A stretch of DNA of 30,739 bases from Candidatus Eiseniibacteriota bacterium (GTDB taxonomy: Bacteria > Eisenbacteria > RBG-16-71-46 > SZUA-252): NCBI GenBank assembly GCA_031370645.1, contig JANMQV010000191.1:1-30739 (forward strand). The letters are read 5' to 3'. A program made the position numbers and the translations under genes. The notes beneath the pieces were generated by a model. It was given only the letters and a program-made list of their open reading frames with translations, had not been told where the DNA came from and ran no database searches. Below, one piece after another: positions 1 to 8,946 of this stretch; within the stretch, counting starts at the first letter, position 1, and the number at the start of each line of letters is the position of its first letter.

Positions 1-21
1 CGGCCGGCTACCGCCGTATCT

Positions 22-63
22 CGCCGGGCTCCGCGGGCAACCGCGGACCCGGCGCTTTTCTTT
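22..63 (+). terminator. Rho-independent terminator of a gene upstream of the window
   Basis: Stem CGCCGGG(C)TCCGCGG / CCGCGGACCCGGCG with a GCAA (GNRA) tetraloop at 37-40, followed by TTTTCTTT. Confidence 0.8.
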
Positions 64-69
64 GGGGTT

Positions 70-78
70 TGATATAAT
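70..78 (+). promoter_or_regulatory. Extended -10 sigma70 promoter element
   Basis: TG-a-TATAAT is a perfect TGn-TATAAT. It lies just after the terminator and about 60 nt before the ATG at 139. Confidence 0.7.
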
Positions 79-138
79 CAGTGCGGCTCCCAGGCTGGTC
101 TGCTGGCCGGGCGAACCCACCTCATAAGGAGCGACTCC

Positions 139-405
139 ATGAGCCCGAAAGACCCCGACAAGGACATCGTCGAACGGCTGATCGCCGAAACCAACCTCTC
201 CGCGAGGATGGACGCGCTGATCGGGGAAATTTGCGAGAAGCTGCGCGAGTACGGTGTCGCGAGTCCTCACAAAGCGTTCAACGACCTGGTCGATCCCTTC
301 CGCGAGTACTTCATGCTGGAGTACGAAGAAGAGAAGGGGCTCGAAGAGGCCGCGGCCAGCGAGGAAGAAGACGAGGAAGAAGAAGAAGAGGACAAGGGCT
401 ACTAG
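139..405 (+). CDS. Small, highly acidic hypothetical protein (88 aa)
   Basis: SD TAAGGAG at 126-132, ATG start, GC3-rich codons, 29/88 residues Asp/Glu with a poly-Glu tail. No family recognised. Confidence 0.8.
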   Translation: MSPKDPDKDIVERLIAETNLSARMDALIGEICEKLREYGVASPHKAFNDLVDPFREYFMLEYEEEKGLEEAAASEEEDEEEEEEDKGY

Positions 406-426
406 GCGCGTCCGAACCGCCGCGTG

Positions 427-1413
427 TTAGTGCGCGGCGCGACGAGGCTCGTTCGAACTTCCTCCAGGCGCTTCCGCCAGCCGGCGGAGGAGCGCCAAAT
501 TCCGGCGATCCATCACCACTCCGTCCGCTCCTTTCGGCGTTTCCAGAATTTTAGGCACCGCCGTGAAGCGCGCGTCGCGCATGAGCCGCGCGAACGCGGC
601 GACTCCGATTTTCCCTTTGCCGATATGTTCGTGACGATCGACGTGGCTTCCACGTTCGTTCTTCGAATCGTTCACGTGAAACGCGCGGAGCGACTCGAGG
701 CCAAGGATCGCGTCGAATTCGCGGAACGTCTCTTCGTAGCCCTGGTCGGTCGTGAGATCGTACCCGGCCGCGTGGACGTGGCAGGTGTCGAGGCAGAACT
801 GAACGAGATCGCGCCGGATCACGCCGCTTCGCATTCGCGCCAGCTCTTCGAACTTCCGCCCGAGCGTCGTCCCCTGGCCCGCCACCGTCTCGAGGAGGAG
901 CACGACCGAGGGCGTCGGCGCGAGGGCGCGGGCCTCGTTAATCGACTCGGCTGCGCGATCGCACCCCTCCAGCACTCCCGAGCCGACATGCGCTCCGGGA
1001 TGCGCCACCAGGAAGGCGACGCCGAGGGTCTCGCAGCGGAGAAGTTCGTCTGCCAGCGCCTCCACGGACTGCTTCCGAAGCGCGCGGTCGGGGGAGGCGA
1101 GGTTGATCAGGTAGGAGTCGTGGGCCACGACCGGCGAAAGCCCGCTCCCGGCCCAGGCGGCGCGAAAGGCGGCCGCTTCGGCGTCTGTGATCGGCTTTCC
1201 CTTCCACTGGCTCGCATTCTTCGTGAATATCTGGAGCGCCCGGGCCCGAACAGCCAAAGCCCGCTCGATGCCGGTGGTCGGACCGCCGGCGACGCTCATG
1301 TGCGCGCCGATGAGGGGGCCGTCCTCGGGGACGGGCGGGTAGGACTTTGGAGCCGATCGGGGGGCCGGCTTGGAAGCCGTTTGGGCCGTCCTTTTTTTCA
1401 CTGGAGGAACCAA
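427..1413 (-). CDS. nfo: Endonuclease IV (AP endonuclease family 2)
   Basis: Motifs GAHMS, QIFTKN, HDSYLINL, HPG, LETVAGQG, CLDTCH, HVNDSK, DRHEHIG, LETP. Start may instead be the GTG at 1401. Confidence 0.93.
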   Translation of the reverse strand: MVPPVKKRTAQTASKPAPRSAPKSYPPVPEDGPLIGAHMSVAGGPTTGIERALAVRARALQIFTKNASQWKGKPITDAEAAAFRAAWAGSGLSPVVAHDSYLINLASPDRALRKQSVEALADELLRCETLGVAFLVAHPGAHVGSGVLEGCDRAAESINEARALAPTPSVVLLLETVAGQGTTLGRKFEELARMRSGVIRRDLVQFCLDTCHVHAAGYDLTTDQGYEETFREFDAILGLESLRAFHVNDSKNERGSHVDRHEHIGKGKIGVAAFARLMRDARFTAVPKILETPKGADGVVMDRRNLALLRRLAEAPGGSSNEPRRAAH

Positions 1414-1487
1414 CCGTTGATGCCGATGGCAGATAGGACGGCGGACCGGGCTTCGGATCTTCGGACGGTGACCATGGAAGGGAGCCT

Positions 1488-2057
1488 ATGAAGAGCGGGA
1501 GCCGAGGGCAAGCACGGAAGGTAGTCGCCACGCGCCCGGAAGCAAGGCACTGTCCGCTCTGCGGCACGCGGACGCGCCCGATCGTGGAGCATGGCGTGAA
1601 GCGGCGCGGCTGCCCGAAGTGCGGATTCATCGCCTACCGGAATCCGGTCCCCGCGTGCGGCGTGGTGATCGAGCAGAAGGGTTCGGTTCTCCTGGCGCGT
1701 CGCGGTCACGAACCGCGGATCGGGTTCTGGGGGATTCCGGCGGGCTTCATGGAGTACGGGGAGCATCCCGAAACGACCGCCGTACGAGAGGCTCGGGAGG
1801 AAACGGGACTCCGAGTGCGGCTCACGGGGCTCTTCGGTGTTTACGCGGGGCGGGACGACCCGAGAACGCGCGCGGTGCTGATTCTCTATCACGCGCGGTC
1901 GGTCGGGGGGCGTCTCGAAGCAGGCGACGACGCGATGGAAGTGGAGTACTTTCCGTTGAATCGATTGCCGCGCCCCATCGCATTCGAATCGCACCGTGAA
2001 GCGCTGCGGGACCTGAAGCGGCACCTCAAGAACAGGGAGAAACGGACCGTTCGATGA
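1488..2057 (+). CDS. NUDIX hydrolase with N-terminal zinc ribbon
   Basis: CPLC...CPKC ribbon, YRNP, and NUDIX box GFMEYGEHPETTAVREAREETGL. SD GGGAG upstream. Confidence 0.9.
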   Translation: MKSGSRGQARKVVATRPEARHCPLCGTRTRPIVEHGVKRRGCPKCGFIAYRNPVPACGVVIEQKGSVLLARRGHEPRIGFWGIPAGFMEYGEHPETTAVREAREETGLRVRLTGLFGVYAGRDDPRTRAVLILYHARSVGGRLEAGDDAMEVEYFPLNRLPRPIAFESHREALRDLKRHLKNREKRTVR

Positions 2058-3199
2058 GCATTCGCCTCCTCCATCTCGCCGATCTCCATCTCGGCGCCTC
2101 GTTCCCCTCATTGGGGGAGCGCGGCGAGGAGCGGGCGCGTGATTTCCTGAGCGCGTTCCTTCGCGCCGTGGAATACGCGGCGGGGGAAGCGCGGCCGGTT
2201 GAATTCGTCGTGATCGCGGGAGACCTCTTCGACACGCACGACCCGGAAGAAGGGCTCGTCGCGCAGGTCGAGGCCGCCTTCGAGCGCCTGGAGAAGGCAA
2301 AGATCCCGGTCCTCATCGCGCCCGGCACGCACGACGCTCCGTCGTACCGCCGTTCTGTCTATCGCCGGCTTCGGCTCCCCCGTAACGTTCATCTCTTCCT
2401 TTCGCCAACCCTCGAAGCGGGACCTCGCGTTTCGGTCGGCAGCGTCACCGTGCAGACCTACGGCATCTCGTACGACGCGGCGGTGTGCGAACGGCCGCTC
2501 GGTGAATTTCGCCCGATGGGTCTCGCCGACTTCCATCTCGGCGTGCTTCACGCGGCGCTCGAAGACAGCCCGACCTGGAAGCGGCGGAGCAACGACCTTC
2601 CGATCAACCGGACCGAGATCGCGGCGTCGGGCCTTCACTATCTGGCGCTCGGCCATTACCACAACTTCTCGGAAGTTCGGGAAGGGGGAGCGGTAGCGGT
2701 CTACCCCGGCACGCTCGAGGGGAAGAAGTTCGGCGAGGACGGCCCGCGCTACCTGGTCACGGCGACGCTCGGCCGGGAATCAATCTCGGTGGAGCGGACC
2801 CCGTGGAATCAGCGGACCCTCACGCAATCGCTGATCGATTTCCAGGCTTCCGAGATGAACGACGAGGCCTCCCTCGAACAGCGAATCGTCGCCTTCGCCG
2901 GCGACCGGGAATTGGCGCGGCTCAGGCTCGAGGGCCCGAGCACGTTCGTCTTCGACACGGAGCGCCTCCTCGAGCGGCTCTCTCCGCGCTTCTTCCATCT
3001 CGAGATCGACGATCGCACGTACGTCGTGAACGCGCGTCTCCTCGACCAGTACCGGGAGGAAGCGACCGTCCGCGGCGTGTTCGTCCGAAACATGCTCGAG
3101 AAGATCGAGCAGGCGCCGGACGAATCGGCGCGCGGCACCGCCACCCTCGCGCTTCGGATCGGCCTCGCCGAATTCCAGAATCCCCGCCATGCGTCTTGA
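2054..3199 (+). CDS. Mre11/SbcD-like (YhaO-type) metallophosphoesterase DNA nuclease
   Basis: Motifs ADLHLG, AGDLFD, PGTHD (GNHD variant), LH, LALGHYH and YPG. ATGA overlap with the NUDIX gene. Confidence 0.88.
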   Translation: MSIRLLHLADLHLGASFPSLGERGEERARDFLSAFLRAVEYAAGEARPVEFVVIAGDLFDTHDPEEGLVAQVEAAFERLEKAKIPVLIAPGTHDAPSYRRSVYRRLRLPRNVHLFLSPTLEAGPRVSVGSVTVQTYGISYDAAVCERPLGEFRPMGLADFHLGVLHAALEDSPTWKRRSNDLPINRTEIAASGLHYLALGHYHNFSEVREGGAVAVYPGTLEGKKFGEDGPRYLVTATLGRESISVERTPWNQRTLTQSLIDFQASEMNDEASLEQRIVAFAGDRELARLRLEGPSTFVFDTERLLERLSPRFFHLEIDDRTYVVNARLLDQYREEATVRGVFVRNMLEKIEQAPDESARGTATLALRIGLAEFQNPRHAS

Positions 3200-5405
3200 A
3201 CGCGTCGTCATCGAGGGCTTCGGCCCCCTCACCGCGTACGAAGCGGTGTTCGAAGCGAAGAAGCTGAACCTCGTCATCGGTCCGAACGAGTCGGGAAAAT
3301 CGTCGTTCGCCTCGGCGGTCGTCTCGACCCTCTTCGGTTTCACCTCGCACGAGGCCGAGGCGCTCTCCCGTCCCTGGAGCGGCGCCCGCCACGCGGCCAC
3401 GGTCACCTTCCGCGCCGCCAACGACCGCTACCGCGTCTCGCGCCGATTCGACACGCACGACGTGGAAGTGGTTCGCCTCGGACCCGAGGGCGAGGAGCCG
3501 GTCGAAACCCTCTTCAAGGGATCGGCGAATCCGCGCGGTCGCAGCTCAGAACTCGAACGCTACGAAGAGATCCTCCGCGGCTGGCTCGGCTTCACCGACG
3601 AGCGTCTCTTCCGGGAGTCGGTCTTCGTCCACGAAAACGCGCTCGAAACGGAGGTCTCGCCCGAACTGAGGCACCTCGTTTCGGGAGCCGTGGAAGCCGA
3701 CTACCAGCAGATCCAGCAGGCGCTCCTCGCGCGGCTCGATCTCCTGACGAAGGAACATCCGTTCGATCCCCGTTCGCGGAAACGCACGAACCGCTCGATC
3801 GAGGCCCGCACCGTTCGCCTCGAGGAGCTCCGCACCCGCCGCGCGCGCGCGGAGGTCGTGCTGAGCGAGGTGAAGTCGCGGCAAAAGGAGCGGGAGGAGC
3901 TCGACTCGCGCATGCTGGAATTGGGCGCCGATCTCGCCGGCAAAGAGCAATTGCTGGTGGACCTCGACTCCTGGGTGGCGCTTCGGGAAGACCAGCGAAA
4001 GCTCCTCAAGCGCGCGCCTGCCATCGGCACCGAACTCGTGAACGCACGCCGCGCGCGGAATTCGGTGGAGGAAATCGACCGCCAGATCGCGCAGAGCCTC
4101 GGCTACCTGGCAAACGCCCCGGAAGAAGTGGAGCCCGATCTGGTTCGACTCGGGATGCTCCGCGCGCAGCGGGCTCGGCACCTCAAGTCGGTGGAGAACG
4201 AGCGGACAAAACTGGCCGCCACGCGCCCGGTATCCCGGATTGTGACGATGGGCATCACGATGATCCTCGCGGCGCTCGCCGCCGGAGTCACCTACGGCCT
4301 CTCGAAGCAACTCGCCCTCGCGGCGGGCGCCATGGCGCTCGGCGCCGTCCTCGGCTTGATCGTGAGCCGCGCCTTCGGACAAAGCACCGAGAAAGCGCGA
4401 GTCATGGGCGAGGGCCAGGTGAAGATGGTCGAAGAGAACATCCGGACGCTGAGTCAGGAGATCGATCAAATCGAGATCCGCGTGAACCCGTTCCTGGCCG
4501 GGCGGACGTTGGAAGTCGTGCTGGCCGACGTGAAGCAGTTCCGGTCCGCGAATCAGGAACGGCGCGAGCACGCCGCGGTCATGCACTCTCTGCCGATGCC
4601 CGACCGCCTGGAGAGCGAGGCGAGGGAGATCGACGAGGCCGTCGCTTCGCTCCGGTCGAAGGAGAAGCTCCTCCTCCAGCAGTCGCCCTTCCTCGCCCCG
4701 TTCAAGGAAGACCCCGTGAAGATCGCGGAGGCCTCCGAGCGGCTCAAGCGGGAGGTACTGGCGCTTCGGACCCGGCTCGACTCGGCGAAGGAAGCGCTCG
4801 ATGGAGTCGTCCGCCGTGGCGGACCGGACGGCGACGCGGAGAATCTGGAATCGCTCGACGAAACGGTCACGGTGGAAGAGGAATCGCTCCGCGACGAGGT
4901 CAAGCGCCGCGACGCGCTCCGCCTCGCCCTCGAGGGGCTCCGGGAAGCGGTCCACGAATACCAGGAACAGCACGTCGGGCGGATCGCCGAAAAGGCGGGG
5001 GCCACGCTCTCCCGCCTGACCTCGGGCCGATACGGCTCGGTGGCGCTCGATTCCGAATTCCACGCCACGCTCGCCATGGGTGGGCGCGGCGCCATCGGAA
5101 TCGATTCCCTGTCGCGCGGCGCCCGGGATGCCTTTTATCTGTCTCTCCGCGCCTCCCTGGCGCAGGAGCTGGCGGCTCGCGAGCCGCTGCCGCTTCTCCT
5201 GGACGATCCGGTCGCTCATCTCGACGAGGATCGCCGGGGCTCGCTCCTGGCCTTCCTGGAGGAGCTGGCGGAGGAGGTGCAGGTGATCCTCTTCACACAC
5301 GACCGCCGGACGATCGGCCAGATCCGGGACGCCCACGTGGTCGCCCTCGGGGTCCTCCCGAAGGGGAGCGATCCGATCCCCGCCAGGGTCCAGGTCCGCC
5401 GCTAA
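3189..5405 (+). CDS. YhaN/SbcE-like SMC/Rad50-type ATPase with central transmembrane hairpin
   Basis: Walker A GPNESGKS, long coiled coils, signature LSRG, Walker B LLLDD, H-loop FTH. Two hydrophobic helices at aa ~351-396. Overlaps the nuclease gene. Confidence 0.85.
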   Translation: MRLERVVIEGFGPLTAYEAVFEAKKLNLVIGPNESGKSSFASAVVSTLFGFTSHEAEALSRPWSGARHAATVTFRAANDRYRVSRRFDTHDVEVVRLGPEGEEPVETLFKGSANPRGRSSELERYEEILRGWLGFTDERLFRESVFVHENALETEVSPELRHLVSGAVEADYQQIQQALLARLDLLTKEHPFDPRSRKRTNRSIEARTVRLEELRTRRARAEVVLSEVKSRQKEREELDSRMLELGADLAGKEQLLVDLDSWVALREDQRKLLKRAPAIGTELVNARRARNSVEEIDRQIAQSLGYLANAPEEVEPDLVRLGMLRAQRARHLKSVENERTKLAATRPVSRIVTMGITMILAALAAGVTYGLSKQLALAAGAMALGAVLGLIVSRAFGQSTEKARVMGEGQVKMVEENIRTLSQEIDQIEIRVNPFLAGRTLEVVLADVKQFRSANQERREHAAVMHSLPMPDRLESEAREIDEAVASLRSKEKLLLQQSPFLAPFKEDPVKIAEASERLKREVLALRTRLDSAKEALDGVVRRGGPDGDAENLESLDETVTVEEESLRDEVKRRDALRLALEGLREAVHEYQEQHVGRIAEKAGATLSRLTSGRYGSVALDSEFHATLAMGGRGAIGIDSLSRGARDAFYLSLRASLAQELAAREPLPLLLDDPVAHLDEDRRGSLLAFLEELAEEVQVILFTHDRRTIGQIRDAHVVALGVLPKGSDPIPARVQVRR

Positions 5406-5470
5406 TTTCTTTTTTCGCACCCCCTGAAAACCCTCAAGGAGTGGCTGAATGCAGCCGAACCTTGACCCGT

Positions 5471-7390
5471 ATGAGCGCCCCAACGAAATCCAAGACGACG
5501 AATCCCGGGCCGAACGCGGATCAGAAAGTCGAAAAGATCCGCGATCAGGTTCTCGCGCTCGACGTGAAGCGCGTGGCCGACTGGCTCTCCACACTCGTGA
5601 AGACCGTGAAGGCGACGCGTCTCTACCTGCCGAACAATCCGCAGTTGGTGAAATTCCAGGCCGATCTCGAAGCGCGCACGTGGTCGTGCCTCAAGGAAAT
5701 CGGCGACGTTCCCCTCACGGTCCAGCAGTTCGATTTTCTTTTCGAGGGGTACTCCGTCTATCACAACGCCGATCGAAACGACTCGCTCGCCTTCCGTTTC
5801 TTCGCCGACGGGGTGCGCGGCATCACGATCAAGGAAGGATTGGAGGCGGGCGAACTCCGCTCCTTCCTCGAAGTGGTGCGAAAGGCGATCGACGCTCCGA
5901 ACGGCCAAGACGACGTCGTCACGCTTCTCTGGGAGCGCGACTTCCGCCACATCGAGTACATCTATCTCTCGCTCGACGAACTGAGCGACGCCGGTTCTGG
6001 GTCGGCCTTCGATAGCCGGGACGACGACGACGTCCAAGCGGCGGCGGGCGAGGCGATTCCCTGGCCGGTCGGTGTGGCCGAAGAGGAGCCCGCGGCGGAG
6101 AAAGTTTCAGGCGAGGCGGTGGGCGCCGAGCCCGTCGATGAATCGATCGCCGCCGAGCGTTCGGACGACTGGTCGGCGCACATTCAGCGCTCCCGCACGT
6201 GGGAACGTCCCGACGGCGTCCAGTTCCAGCTCTCCGAGAAGGAGCGCGACGAACTGGAGCACATGATTCGGCTGGAAGAGGTGCGGCCGCTACGCCAGGA
6301 GGTGCTCGACATCGTCGCCGCGATTCTTCGCTACGAAGCGGACGGCGCCGGGTTTATGGACTCCGCCATCGCGTTCCAGCGCTTCATCGAATTCGCGGTC
6401 GAGGAAGGCGACATCCGGCGGGCCCGGGAGCTCCTCAGCCTCCTCAAGGAAATCGCCGCCGAAAAGGTGTCCGAAGGCCCGGAGTTCAAGGGAATCGCAG
6501 ACCAGGTGATCCGAGCGATCGGCCGCCCGTCGTTCCTGGGGCAGCTCGGACCTACTCTGAACGCCCATCCCGAACTCGATCCCGAAGCGCTCACAGAATT
6601 CCTGGTTCAGCTCGGCTCGGGCGCGACGCCGGCCATTTGCGATCTCTTGGGGCAGGTGAACAACGTCCGCCATCGCCGCGCCCTCTGCGAAGGACTCGTC
6701 TCTTCCTGCCGGAACGACGTCGAGCCGCTGCTCCAACGCCTCGGCGACACTCGGTGGTACGTGATCCGAAACGTCGTCTACGTCCTGGGCCGGATCGCGC
6801 ACCACGGCGTGGAGCGCGCGCTCGATCGGGCACTGCACCATGAAGACGTGCGGGTTCGCAAGGAGGCGGTCCGTGCGCTAGGGAACATCGAGAGCCCGAC
6901 GGCGCGCGCTTTCCTCGTCTCAGCGTTCAAGGACTCGGATTCGGGGGTTCGGATGCAAGCGGCGACGACCCTCGCCGAGAGGCGGGAGGATCGCGCGGCT
7001 CAGAATCTCTGGGGCACGATTCAGGCGCCGGAGTTCCAGCGGCGCGATCTCCCCGAGAAGCAGGCCTTCTACGAGGCGCTAGGTCGTGCCGGCTCGGACG
7101 CGCTGGCGCCGAAGTTGGAGCCACTCCTCACCAAGGGGGGTATCTTCGGCGGTGGCGACGACGACGAGCGCTACCACGTGGCGCTGGCACTCGCCTGGCT
7201 CGGCACGCCGAAGGCGCTCGCCGTGCTCGAGCGGGAGCTGAAGAGCAAACGCGAGCCCGTTCGGCTCGCGGTGGAGAAGGCGCTCGCCACCGTTCGCCAC
7301 GCGGCGTCCGCGGCGAAAGCAGGCGACGAGGGCACGAACGACGCCGAACGCGGTGTGCTCGAGGCGTCGGTCGAGGAGGAGGCGTCATGA
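5471..7390 (+). CDS. HEAT/PBS-lyase repeat protein with N-terminal alpha/beta domain and acidic linker
   Basis: Repeats LGDTRWYVIRNVVYVLGRI, HEDVRVRKEAVRALGNI, DSDSGVRMQAATTLA. ATG at 5471 preferred; GTG at 5441 is the alternative. Confidence 0.85.
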   Translation: MSAPTKSKTTNPGPNADQKVEKIRDQVLALDVKRVADWLSTLVKTVKATRLYLPNNPQLVKFQADLEARTWSCLKEIGDVPLTVQQFDFLFEGYSVYHNADRNDSLAFRFFADGVRGITIKEGLEAGELRSFLEVVRKAIDAPNGQDDVVTLLWERDFRHIEYIYLSLDELSDAGSGSAFDSRDDDDVQAAAGEAIPWPVGVAEEEPAAEKVSGEAVGAEPVDESIAAERSDDWSAHIQRSRTWERPDGVQFQLSEKERDELEHMIRLEEVRPLRQEVLDIVAAILRYEADGAGFMDSAIAFQRFIEFAVEEGDIRRARELLSLLKEIAAEKVSEGPEFKGIADQVIRAIGRPSFLGQLGPTLNAHPELDPEALTEFLVQLGSGATPAICDLLGQVNNVRHRRALCEGLVSSCRNDVEPLLQRLGDTRWYVIRNVVYVLGRIAHHGVERALDRALHHEDVRVRKEAVRALGNIESPTARAFLVSAFKDSDSGVRMQAATTLAERREDRAAQNLWGTIQAPEFQRRDLPEKQAFYEALGRAGSDALAPKLEPLLTKGGIFGGGDDDERYHVALALAWLGTPKALAVLERELKSKREPVRLAVEKALATVRHAASAAKAGDEGTNDAERGVLEASVEEEAS

Positions 7391-8859
7391 CCGGCCCGAC
7401 GCGCTCCGGCACGGCCCCTCCGCTCCAGACGAACGACGATCCCTCGGCGCGCGTCCTGCAGCAGGGTCGGAATCTCGCGATTCAGCTCTGCGTGCTCTTG
7501 AAGACGGCGCGCGTCCACGACGTCGGCAACATCGCCTTCCAGGGGCCGCTCACGAATTTCATCGAGACGGTCACCACGCTCTATACGGCCGAGGGCGAAT
7601 TCAAGGTCCTCTCGGTCGGCGACTTCCTCTACGTGAATCAGCATCGCCTGCGGGTCGATGCGTCGTCCTACCCCAGTTATCAGTTCCTGAACGACGAGTT
7701 TCGCGTCCGCGGGCTCGGCGGTTTCTCGTTCGAAGGGAAACTGACGCCGCCCGAGGTGAAGAAGTTCGTCCGCCTCTTCCTCGATGTCGACATGAAGGCG
7801 GCCGAGCCGTTCGAGGAGTTCGTGTCGTCCCTCACGAAGCTCTCGGTCGAGAACATCGTGCCGCTCCGCGCGGTGCTGCCGATGGTGGGCCACGTCGGGA
7901 GCGAGGAAGTGCGCGACAGCCGGAAGGCCGCCAAGCGGACCTTCTATCGCGCCATTGAATCGGCGCGCACGGTGATGCTGAGCGCGCGCGACCGCCGTCC
8001 GATCGATATTCGTAAGGCGAAGCGCGCTGTGCAGGGGATCGTCGACTTGATTCTCGAGGAGGAGTATTCGGTCATCGGTCTCACGGCGCTGAAGAACCAC
8101 GACGAGTACACGTTTCAGCACTGCGTGAACGTCTCGATCCTAGCCATCGCGCTCGGGCAGCGGCTGGGGCTGAACAAGAAGCTGCTCGGCGACCTCGGCG
8201 TCGCGGCCATCCTCCACGATCTCGGCAAGGCCGCGGTTCCGTCGTGGGTGCTGAACAAGGCGGGCCGGCTCACGCCCGACGAGTGGAAGATCCTGAACGA
8301 CCACCCGATCCAGGGCGTGAAAATGATCGCGAAGATGCGGGGCCTGAACGAGCTCGCGCTCCGCGCGATGATTGTTTCGTTCCAGCACCACATGAACGCC
8401 GACAAGAGCGGCTACCCGCTGCTGAAAGGATGCCAAGATCAGTGTCTCTTCAGCCGCATCGTGGCCACCGTCGATTGCTTCGACGCCATGACGGCGCACC
8501 GCGCCTACCGCCGGAATGCCTTCACGCCGTACGAAGCGCTCCACATGATGATCACGGAGAACGTCGACAAGTTCGATCCGCTCATCCTGAAAGCCTTCAT
8601 CAACACGGTCGGCATGTATCCGGCCGGCACCGTGGTGCTTCTCGATACGAACGAGATCGGCGTGGTGGTCGAGCCGAGTCCTCACGACATCTTCCGGCCG
8701 AAGGTGAAGATCGTGCGCGATCGCGACCGGCAGGTGGTTCAGGGCGCCGTCCAGGATCTGAACATTCGCGACCAGGAGACCGGCGCCTACGTGGCGGGCA
8801 TCGTCTCCGCGCTCAATCCCGAGGAATACGACATCAACGTCGCCGACGCGCTCGTTTAG
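7387..8859 (+). CDS. HD-GYP domain protein (probable cyclic dinucleotide phosphodiesterase)
   Basis: HDEYTFQH, LHDLGK, HP, HHMNADKSGYP, VDCFDAMTAHRAYR, FDP, YPAGTVVLL. ATGA-coupled to the HEAT gene with SD GGAGG. Confidence 0.9.
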   Translation: MTGPTRSGTAPPLQTNDDPSARVLQQGRNLAIQLCVLLKTARVHDVGNIAFQGPLTNFIETVTTLYTAEGEFKVLSVGDFLYVNQHRLRVDASSYPSYQFLNDEFRVRGLGGFSFEGKLTPPEVKKFVRLFLDVDMKAAEPFEEFVSSLTKLSVENIVPLRAVLPMVGHVGSEEVRDSRKAAKRTFYRAIESARTVMLSARDRRPIDIRKAKRAVQGIVDLILEEEYSVIGLTALKNHDEYTFQHCVNVSILAIALGQRLGLNKKLLGDLGVAAILHDLGKAAVPSWVLNKAGRLTPDEWKILNDHPIQGVKMIAKMRGLNELALRAMIVSFQHHMNADKSGYPLLKGCQDQCLFSRIVATVDCFDAMTAHRAYRRNAFTPYEALHMMITENVDKFDPLILKAFINTVGMYPAGTVVLLDTNEIGVVVEPSPHDIFRPKVKIVRDRDRQVVQGAVQDLNIRDQETGAYVAGIVSALNPEEYDINVADALV

Positions 8860-8876
8860 GCTGTCCCGCCCCCCGC

Positions 8877-8905
8877 TTGACCCCGCAACCGCTCCTCCGT
8901 AAACT
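8877..8905 (+). promoter_or_regulatory. Sigma70-type promoter for the sigma54 activator gene
   Basis: TTGACC-17 bp-TAAACT in the 87-bp intergenic gap. Confidence 0.6.
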
Positions 8906-8946
8906 CCTCTGCTTACGGCACTTTCCCCCGAATTGAGGGCCCTCCG

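Noticed and set aside
7387-8859. HD protein as the YhaM exoribonuclease of a yhaO-yhaN-yhaM cluster
   Set aside because: It has the GYP signature and no evident N-terminal OB fold, so it is an HD-GYP protein.
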